Below are positions 37,186 to 43,995 of a stretch of DNA of 64,000 nt, piece by piece. The DNA is taken from assembly GCA_021792235.1 (NCBI GenBank), contig JAJYVC010000001.1, forward strand, positions 752-64,751, read 5' to 3'. The notes beneath the pieces were generated by a model. It saw nothing but the letters and a program-made list of their open reading frames with translations. It had not been told where the DNA came from and did not search any database. The stretch's first letter is position 1. Every line of letters starts with the position of its first letter. The position numbers were made by a program, and so were the translations under genes. The stretch is from Candidatus Micrarchaeota archaeon. Its GTDB lineage: Archaea > Micrarchaeota > Micrarchaeia > Micrarchaeales > CABMGC01.

Positions 37186-37728
37186 ATGACATTAGCATTC
37201 GTAATTGTGGCGTTGATAATTATTAGTGCACTTATTTTGCTGAGTAACCATAGCAGCACTACTAGTCAGTCACAAAATGTCACAGTAGGCATGCCTGCGC
37301 CGAACTATGGATTTTTCCTAGCGAATGGCTCCGAAGTAAATATTAATACGTATAGAGGGAAACCTGTGCTTCTTTGGTTCGTTGCCACATGGTGTTCATC
37401 ATGCGCCCAAGGAAACGAGGTTATAAACCAGAACTACAATTTCTTCAAATCTCATGGTATAACGATAGTGGAATTAGAGCTATACAAAGATCTCGGATAC
37501 TCAGGTCCTCCGATAGCCGACTTCGTAGATTCATACGCTCTGGAGGCGTATTCAAACGGCACAGTAGTCCCTGCTCTGGCAGGCTACAACATGACTGCCG
37601 TTTATGATCTGCGCGGCTATCTAGATATATACTACCTACTTGCAAGCAACGGGACGGTTCTGTATATAAATGGTTCGCCTTCGGCTACGCTAAGTCAGCT
37701 TGAGCAGGCTATAAATAATTCTATGTGA
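37186..37728 (+). CDS. signal-anchored thioredoxin-fold protein (TlpA/redoxin-like, WCSSC)
   Basis: ATG 37186 is internal to track ORF 36976. MTLAFVIVALIIISALILL anchor, then GKPVLLWFVATWCSSCAQG redoxin motif. Confidence 0.7.
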   Translation: MTLAFVIVALIIISALILLSNHSSTTSQSQNVTVGMPAPNYGFFLANGSEVNINTYRGKPVLLWFVATWCSSCAQGNEVINQNYNFFKSHGITIVELELYKDLGYSGPPIADFVDSYALEAYSNGTVVPALAGYNMTAVYDLRGYLDIYYLLASNGTVLYINGSPSATLSQLEQAINNSM

Positions 37729-37735
37729 GGATTTT

Positions 37736-38068
37736 ATGGATAAGCTGGAAATAAAAACATTCTTTTTTGCAATAGGTGACTACAGCAGGTTCAAGATACT
37801 GTCTGCATTGGCCGAAAAGGAGCTAAATGTAAGCGGAATAGTCTCTGCAACAGGCATAGAACAGAGTAACGTATCACACCACATGGAATGCCTCTTGAAC
37901 TGCGGCTTCGTTGATGTAAGGAGGGAGGGTAGAGCCCGCATTTACAAGGTAAATAGGGAGGTGCGCCCCATAATCAAAAGTATAATAAAGCATATAGAGA
38001 GGTACAAGACCGATATAGTATCGTGCAAAATCGCAAATAAAGAGTATATTTCAAAGGTGATTGAATAG
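37736..38068 (+). CDS. ArsR/SmtB-family metalloregulator (archaeal MerR-type candidate)
   Basis: DYSRFKILSALAEKELNVSGIVSATGIEQSNVSHHMECLLNCGFV. HTH plus Cys pair in ECLLNCG. Confidence 0.85.
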   Translation: MDKLEIKTFFFAIGDYSRFKILSALAEKELNVSGIVSATGIEQSNVSHHMECLLNCGFVDVRREGRARIYKVNREVRPIIKSIIKHIERYKTDIVSCKIANKEYISKVIE

Positions 38069-38088
38069 AGAATTTCGACTACGTTATA

Positions 38089-39483
38089 TTGGGCCAAGGA
38101 TCTGCCGCTTTCGCCGCTGCGATAAAAGCCAACGGGCTTGGCAAGAAGACAGTAATGATAGGCAAAAATGCCACTGAAGGCACTACTCTTGGCGGTACTT
38201 GCCTGAATGTCGGATGTGTTCCGAGCAAGAGGCTTATAACTGTAGCCTCGTTTTTAGAATCGCTTAAAGATAGAAGGTTCAGAGGCATCGATTATAAATT
38301 CAATGGCGATGTTGAGTTAGGTGCGATTGTAAAAGAAAAAGACGATCTCGTAAATGGTTTTAGGCAAAGCAAATATTCCAATGTGCTTGCCGGGCTCGAA
38401 AATGTCACCTATATTGAAGGATTTGGCTCACTGAAAAGTCCTAACATAGTTTCTGTAGGCAAGAAGGAAATATTAGCTAAGAAGATATTGATAGCAACTG
38501 GCGCGAGGGCGAGTGTGCCTGATGTTAAAGGCATAGAAGATATAGAATACCTTACCAATGAAACTGCGCTGAAGCTAAAGAAACTGCCAAAGTCGATGAT
38601 TGTGGTAGGTGGAAGGGCACTTGGATTGGAGTTTGCACAGATGTTTAACAGGTTTGGCAGCAAGGTTACGCTGCTCCAGAGGAGTTCCACTATAATACCT
38701 GGTTGGGAACCTGAGATCATAAATCATCTTACCAAATACCTGAGAGAGGAAGGCATAAACATCCAGACAAATGTCACGCTTAATGAGATCGAAGGTGATG
38801 GCGGCGCCGTGCGCCTAAAATGCGAGGTGGATGGAAAAGCATCTGTATTGGAAGCAGAGAAAGTGCTTTTTGCTACAGGCAGAAAACCAAATATCGAGAA
38901 GCTTAATCTTGATACTATTGGCATAAGGCAGAACAAGGCTGGGTTTGTAGAAGTTGATAGAGGTATGCGCACTAATATTGAAGGTGTCTACGCCGCAGGC
39001 GATGTTACCGGGGAGCCGATGCTGGAAACGCTGGCGGCGAAGGAAGGCACTATTGCTACGCTGAATGCGCTTGATGGCGCAAAGAAGGAAATAAATTTGC
39101 TGGAGGTGCCGAAAGCAATATTTACGGATCCTGAAGCGGCCAGCGTCGGGCTTACGGATGAGGAAGCTGCCGGGAAGAAAATAAGGTGCAACTGCAATGC
39201 CCTTCCGCTGGAGCTCGTTGCAAAGGCGGGCATAGTGAGCGATACTAAAGGGGTCATTAAGATTGTAATAGACAATAAGAGCCATAAGATACTGGGAGTC
39301 CACATGCTAGCACCTCACGCCGCTGACCTAATACATGAAGGTGTACTCGCAGTCAAGTTTGGGCTTACAATAGATGACATAATAGATACTGTCCATGTAT
39401 TCCCGACGCTGAGTGAAGGGTTCAAGCTAGCCGCGCAGGCTTTCTACCAGGATATTTCTAAGCTTAGCTGCTGCACAGAATAG
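38089..39483 (+). CDS. merA: mercuric reductase MerA (core enzyme, no NmerA domain)
   Basis: Redox-active GGTCLNVGCVPSK and C-terminal KLAAQAFYQDISKLSCCTE (vicinal Cys pair diagnostic of MerA). The frame is open from 38065 and encodes the Rossmann strand FDYVILGQGSAAF, but no canonical start precedes TTG 38089. Confidence 0.9.
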   Translation: MGQGSAAFAAAIKANGLGKKTVMIGKNATEGTTLGGTCLNVGCVPSKRLITVASFLESLKDRRFRGIDYKFNGDVELGAIVKEKDDLVNGFRQSKYSNVLAGLENVTYIEGFGSLKSPNIVSVGKKEILAKKILIATGARASVPDVKGIEDIEYLTNETALKLKKLPKSMIVVGGRALGLEFAQMFNRFGSKVTLLQRSSTIIPGWEPEIINHLTKYLREEGINIQTNVTLNEIEGDGGAVRLKCEVDGKASVLEAEKVLFATGRKPNIEKLNLDTIGIRQNKAGFVEVDRGMRTNIEGVYAAGDVTGEPMLETLAAKEGTIATLNALDGAKKEINLLEVPKAIFTDPEAASVGLTDEEAAGKKIRCNCNALPLELVAKAGIVSDTKGVIKIVIDNKSHKILGVHMLAPHAADLIHEGVLAVKFGLTIDDIIDTVHVFPTLSEGFKLAAQAFYQDISKLSCCTE

Positions 39484-39646
39484 CGTAAAATAAGTCAGGA
39501 CTATTCAGATCGCAGGAAATCCTAACACTGGCTGCTTATATATCCAGGACCCGAAGATTAAGTGTGCGAATGCACAGCTTGAAAGCTTATAGCTTTATGA
39601 TTTAGGTAATAAAATGGAGCTTAGAAAACGACGACAAGAGCTAGAA

Positions 39647-39696
39647 AACGCTAGCCTTACACGCTTAAGACTGAAGTTCGACTCTCCGCGGGCCCA
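39647..39696 (+). pseudogene. 3' fragment of a tRNA-Val(UAC)-like gene at the right end of the element (includes attR core 39675-39696)
   Basis: Ungapped 41/50 identity to tRNA-Val 33751-33800, with the last 22 nt identical. The anticodon-equivalent triplet is TAC (39658-39660). One anticodon-stem pair shows a compensatory change (C:G -> G:C). Confidence 0.55.
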
Positions 39697-39792
39697 TTTC
39701 TAAGGCAAATGGTTGAGAACCACAATGATCAAAAATAGAACATAAACCTAACATATTTAAAGCATAGTCCTCTATAATATATAGATGATAAA

Positions 39793-40038
39793 ATGAATGT
39801 CACTCTAAGAGGCAGAGTTCTCCAAGCTCTAGACCAGATAGTAGAAGAAGGATATGCAAATACCAAATCAGAAGCAATACGATTAGCAATACTGGATTTT
39901 GCAGAAAAGCATGAAAGCGAAGATGTCCTTGTCAGTAGAAAACTTGATAGAATTAACAGGGAAATACGGGAAGGGAAGAGAAAACTGGTAGGAAAGAAGG
40001 AAGCTCTGGGTGTCTATGCCAAATACGTTAAGGGATAG
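39793..40038 (+). CDS. ribbon-helix-helix (CopG/Arc-like) antitoxin
   Basis: MNVTLRGRVLQALDQIVEEGYANTKSEAIRLAILDF. Sits 2 nt upstream of the toxin gene. Confidence 0.7.
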   Translation: MNVTLRGRVLQALDQIVEEGYANTKSEAIRLAILDFAEKHESEDVLVSRKLDRINREIREGKRKLVGKKEALGVYAKYVKG

Positions 40039-40040
40039 AC

Positions 40041-40301
40041 TTGTACAAACCCAAGTTTGAGAAGGAATGGTCCAGATACTTCTATGCGTTAGATGAAGGC
40101 ATAAAAGAAAGAGTAGCGAAGAAGATTGATAAGATCTTGGAATATCCAAACAAACGACACCTAAAGAAGAGTTCATTCTTTGTAGATGAAGTGGGACAAT
40201 TCAGAATCGTTTATATGATATTTGAAGAAGATAAGTTAGTAGTATTCTATTTTGTAGGAACGCACAAAGAATATGAGAAATGGTACACACAAGAATTCTG
40301 A
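40041..40301 (+). CDS. RelE/ParE-superfamily toxin
   Basis: 86 aa, TTG start. ...KERVAKKIDKILEYPN...VGQFRIVYMIFEEDKLVVFYFVGTHKEY follows the RelE pattern. Confidence 0.7.
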   Translation: MYKPKFEKEWSRYFYALDEGIKERVAKKIDKILEYPNKRHLKKSSFFVDEVGQFRIVYMIFEEDKLVVFYFVGTHKEYEKWYTQEF

Positions 40302-40356
40302 AAACAGCAAATATAGTTATTCACTATCAGAAGAGTGCTACTTAAAGATTCATGAA

Positions 40357-40367
40357 CCGCGGGCCCA
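40357..40367. repeat. third, 11-nt copy of the tRNA-Val 3' terminus (degraded att remnant?)
   Basis: ccgcgggccca is identical to the last 11 nt of tRNA-Val and of 39686-39696. It is preceded by cttaaagatt, which resembles cttaagact before the second copy. Confidence 0.35.
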
Positions 40368-40439
40368 TCTTGGAAAATATGTTGCTAATTTAGTAATTCT
40401 GGCTGTCAAGTTATTAAGTTTTATCAGTGCCTAACAATC

Positions 40440-40763
40440 ATGGAATACCGTATAATCTTTGATTGTCCTGACAACGCAAAGATGATAAATCGGCTCCTTG
40501 ATGCTGCATCAGGAGCAGGTGCGGGTCGGTTCGGCAACTACACTCGATGCGCGATAATCACCAAGGGCTACGGCACGTGGAAGTCAGAGCGGGGTTCACA
40601 TCCCAACATAGGCAAAGTCGGGAAAATATCAAAGGTGAGATCGGCCAAGATAGACCTATCATGCGATGCCAAATGCCTGGGTGCTGTCTGCAGTGCGATA
40701 AGGAAGGCGCATCCCTACGAGGAACCAAACATCTACGTTGTCAAAGTGGAGAAATATGCCTGA
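40440..40763 (+). CDS. small PII-like protein resembling the NIF3/YqfO insert domain (COG3323-like)
   Basis: 107 aa. GAGRFGNYTRCA...GTW...KAHPYEEP pattern recalled from the stand-alone NIF3-insert family. Confidence 0.45.
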   Translation: MEYRIIFDCPDNAKMINRLLDAASGAGAGRFGNYTRCAIITKGYGTWKSERGSHPNIGKVGKISKVRSAKIDLSCDAKCLGAVCSAIRKAHPYEEPNIYVVKVEKYA

Positions 40764-40800
40764 AATCTTATCCCACAGCTTTTGAACAAAAGATTCAAGA

Positions 40801-41583
40801 ATGAGGAATAATCACGTGGTTAATATGATAACGAGTCAGAGGCAGCTTGAAGGCGTTCTGCGGCATTTGGAGCTGGAATCCACGAAACGTGCAGCCATAC
40901 GGTCCGCAGTGGAGAATGGGATAACCCATAAGCCGAAATACGTGCGCATAGCCGTGGATGAGCTGGCAAAGGCAAAGAGATTCGGTAAAGCAGCCGGATT
41001 CGCATCAAAGATAAATGACGAGGCTCTTGCAAGAGACCTTCTGGCCAAGCAGTACAGGGCAAATATCGCAGAAGTCAGGCTCAAGGAGCAGAATCTAAGG
41101 AAGTTCGAGGACCTTCTTTCAAGGCTGGATAGCCCTGAGGAAATGAGGCATGCGATAATATCGGCAGTGGAACGTGGCGTAACGCACAAATTGGATCACG
41201 TAAGGATTGCAATAGCGCATTATGAGTTAATTGGTCCAGGTGCGTTCAAAGATGCGCAGAAGGCTGCAAAGAGTGTTGGTGCAGTTACATCGCAAATATG
41301 TGAATCAGAGGGGTGGCTAGGTCTTGCGGCATACCTGTCTGAAGGCGAGGGCGACATTGACAGGACAAGGAGCATGTATTCCAGTTACATACAAATGCTT
41401 GAGGACGTAGGAAAGTTCGGAATAGCCGCAGAACTATCCCTTCACAAGCTTAATGATGCGGAAAGGGCCATGGCTGACGGGAAGAAGGCAGGCATGTGGG
41501 AGATCGTCGCAGAGTTATACTGCAGGATCGGGGATGAAAAACTAGCAAATCTGTACGGGAGCCTTGCATCTATGCTGAGGTAG
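40801..41583 (+). CDS. hypothetical helical-repeat protein
   Basis: 260 aa. Internal duplication KRAAIRSAVENGITHKPKYVRIAVDEL / MRHAIISAVERGVTHKLDHVRIAIAHY. TPR-like C-terminal half. Confidence 0.5.
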   Translation: MRNNHVVNMITSQRQLEGVLRHLELESTKRAAIRSAVENGITHKPKYVRIAVDELAKAKRFGKAAGFASKINDEALARDLLAKQYRANIAEVRLKEQNLRKFEDLLSRLDSPEEMRHAIISAVERGVTHKLDHVRIAIAHYELIGPGAFKDAQKAAKSVGAVTSQICESEGWLGLAAYLSEGEGDIDRTRSMYSSYIQMLEDVGKFGIAAELSLHKLNDAERAMADGKKAGMWEIVAELYCRIGDEKLANLYGSLASMLR

Positions 41584-42598
41584 TGCCTGTATCTTCTGTT
41601 TCCTGCCTTCCGCGATTCCTCGAATAGTTGTCGAACCTCTCCGAGCTCTGGTAGAGCTGGTCGAACCTCCTCTTCGCATCGTGCACGCTCATCTTGACTA
41701 TATGTTCGCTCTTCTTGTTTATTATGTTGAGCGGAGGTATCTTGTAAGCGGCATTGCCATCGAATATGAACCTTTCGTGCTGTACACTGGAATCTTGCCT
41801 ATTCATTATTCTGACCTCCATGTCTATACCGCTGGTCCTGAGCTCATTCTTAAGGTCATTGTAGTTGCCGCTGAATTTTGAGTCCAGCATCTCCTCAGAT
41901 GTGATTATCCTCACAGCACTTATTGCGCTCCCCTCAGTAGGCATTAGCCTGTAAAGGTTGGACATTGCGGCTGAGTTGAAGTGCTTGTCAACTATCCCTA
42001 CATCGCCTGACAGGTTCACGAAAAGTTCATCGCGCAGTTTCATGAGGTTGTAATAAGGAGTGGATGGATCTATGCGTATGCCCTTCATTGTAGCTCTTCT
42101 GGCATCCGCAGACTTCCTGGCGTCGTATTCCAGATATATGTCTAGGCTAAGGCACACAAAGATTGATATGTAGCTAATATATAGCGCAACATCATCGAAA
42201 ACCGAAGAAAAAGCAAAACTCATTATCATTAGGACAAATATGTATACGATTGTAAGCATGAAGTGAAGCGGAGCGTATCTCCTGACATACGATTCGTATC
42301 CGTTGGGACCCTTTACTAACAGCATGAATGACATGACAAACATCGCAAACCCTATTCCAGCAGCAAGTGCTGCCTCAAGTATGGTCTGATATATTGTGGT
42401 TATCTCTCCAGAAACAGTTGCAAGCACAGGCGCAACACTTACGTTGTCTATTCTGCTTTGCAGTATGGCCCCTGCGCCTATGCCATACTCTACGGAAAAT
42501 CTGTACATGTTGAGTATTCCGTTGGCCATAAGTATAAGCGAAGCAGTGACTAGCAGTATTGCAGCTGTTTTGTCATTATATCTCCTGATCCCATCCAT
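41570..42598 (-). CDS. membrane protein with cytoplasmic C-terminal domain of unknown function (weak PLD-like/MIT_C-like pattern)
   Basis: About 5 N-terminal TM helices, then ...VGIVDKHF...VRIITS...GIDMEVRIM...HERFIFDGNAAYKIPPLNII. The 3' end overlaps 40801-41583 by 14 nt (convergent). Confidence 0.5.
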   Translation of the reverse strand: MDGIRRYNDKTAAILLVTASLILMANGILNMYRFSVEYGIGAGAILQSRIDNVSVAPVLATVSGEITTIYQTILEAALAAGIGFAMFVMSFMLLVKGPNGYESYVRRYAPLHFMLTIVYIFVLMIMSFAFSSVFDDVALYISYISIFVCLSLDIYLEYDARKSADARRATMKGIRIDPSTPYYNLMKLRDELFVNLSGDVGIVDKHFNSAAMSNLYRLMPTEGSAISAVRIITSEEMLDSKFSGNYNDLKNELRTSGIDMEVRIMNRQDSSVQHERFIFDGNAAYKIPPLNIINKKSEHIVKMSVHDAKRRFDQLYQSSERFDNYSRNRGRQETEDTGTTSA

Positions 42599-42636
42599 GA
42601 CTATCTTTTTACTTGAAAGTTATTAAAACGCCTAGC

Positions 42637-43968
42637 CTAGAGCTGCCTAAGCGCATCTATAGGCTGCATCTTCGAAGCCTTCCATGCAGGATATATTCCT
42701 GCAAGCACGCTTACGAACACTGCCACGAATAGTGCTTCAGCTATAAGTCCAGGAGAAACAACAGGCGAGAATGATATGCCTGGTGAACTGCCCGAAGATG
42801 TTGGGCTGCGTCCAACAAAGACAGCTCCTCTGCCACCTCCTCTCCCCCCTCCGGCAAAGCCACCTCCTCCCCCTCCTCCAGCAAACCCGTTTGGGGGCGA
42901 GCTTGTAGAAGTTGTATTGCTATGAGATGCGCTGCTCGAAATAGCTGCAAGAGAGTAGGACGCCCCCGTACCAACAATTATTCCTATTATTCCCCCTATT
43001 ATTCCTATTAGAAGAGCCTGTAAAAGGAATACCCCGAGCACATCTCTGTTCTTGAATCCAAGCGACTTCATTATACCTATCTCATGTGTCTTCTCCATTA
43101 CAGACATTAGCATTATGTTCATTATGCCTACGGCAGCGACCATTAGCGATATGCCTGCTATCACAACAAGCAGGAGTGTTATGGATCCCGTTATGTTTGC
43201 TGCTGTACTTGCAAGCTGCTGCGTGTTTATGACCCTGGCCCTGCTACCGTAAATGTCAGCTATCAGATTTGTCAGCGGAGTCACCCCACTGGAATTCTTT
43301 GCCTGTAGGAGAATCTCATTGAACGAAGTTTTGTGGAGCAAGGATTCTGCAGCTGGCATTGACATTATGACTGCCGTATCTATGGGTATCAGCGCCGAAG
43401 TGTAGGTCTTTGCTATGCCCTGTATAGGTATGGTATAGGAATTAGTGCTCCTCCCGTTTGGTATCTTGAGTGTTGCTGGCTGGCCGACAAAAGCTACCTG
43501 TCTTCCAGAAGCAGTGGATGGAAAAGCCACATCATATCCTATCACCGCGTCTGGGGCAATGGTATCGTTGTACACGCTGCCCTCGTACAGGCTGACATTG
43601 CCTCCCATTATGTACTTCAGATTCTCCTGCGCTATGCCTATGACTGTCACAGAGCTGTTCTGGTTGCCTGAGAAGAGCGTACCGCTTCCTGTGGCTATTG
43701 GGATCACTGTGCTGGCGTTCGGAAGGGACGCTATCGCAGCCGTATCTGCAGGAGTGAATCCCGCAGACTGCGTAGCCGATATTAATATGGAGGTCGGTCC
43801 AAGGGACGCCAGCTCATTGGTTATCTCGTAACTTATGCCTGTGGTAAGGGAAACCAGTGCGACTATGGCCGCAACACCTATGACCACCATGAATATGGTA
43901 AGGATTGTACGGACTTTCTTCTCAGTAAGGTCGGTATAGCTCAGCCAGAAAGTGTCCTTAAGGTTCAT
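42637..43968 (-). CDS. MacB/FtsX-type ABC transporter permease with Gly/Ser-rich loop insertion
   Basis: N-terminal TM plus large ectodomain plus FtsX module (EIGIMKSLGFKNRDV). Insertion NGFAGGGGGGGFAGGGRGGGRG lies between the last two TM helices. Confidence 0.85.
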   Translation of the reverse strand: MNLKDTFWLSYTDLTEKKVRTILTIFMVVIGVAAIVALVSLTTGISYEITNELASLGPTSILISATQSAGFTPADTAAIASLPNASTVIPIATGSGTLFSGNQNSSVTVIGIAQENLKYIMGGNVSLYEGSVYNDTIAPDAVIGYDVAFPSTASGRQVAFVGQPATLKIPNGRSTNSYTIPIQGIAKTYTSALIPIDTAVIMSMPAAESLLHKTSFNEILLQAKNSSGVTPLTNLIADIYGSRARVINTQQLASTAANITGSITLLLVVIAGISLMVAAVGIMNIMLMSVMEKTHEIGIMKSLGFKNRDVLGVFLLQALLIGIIGGIIGIIVGTGASYSLAAISSSASHSNTTSTSSPPNGFAGGGGGGGFAGGGRGGGRGAVFVGRSPTSSGSSPGISFSPVVSPGLIAEALFVAVFVSVLAGIYPAWKASKMQPIDALRQL

Positions 43969-43995
43969 AGATGGGGCCCTTTATATCCTGCACAG

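Larger units (their letters stand above)
33801..39696. mobile_element. integrated element at tRNA-Val (decayed, no integrase recognised) carrying a mercury-resistance operon
   Basis: Bounded by exact 22-nt direct repeats, one being the tRNA 3' end. The left arm is AT-rich and gene-poor with disrupted ORFs. The right arm is a tight four-gene mer block. Confidence 0.65.

Noticed and set aside
39614-39703. 29-codon ORF reading through the right att core, considered as an SSV-type Int(N) fragment
   Set aside because: Too short, and no matching Int(C) continuation after the left core (that frame stops after ~20 codons at 33801+). Mentioned only within the att finding.
42741-42977. 78-aa minus-strand ORF in an alternative frame of the permease Gly-rich tract
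   Set aside because: Alternative frame of low-complexity GC-rich DNA, nested in the FtsX permease gene on the same strand.
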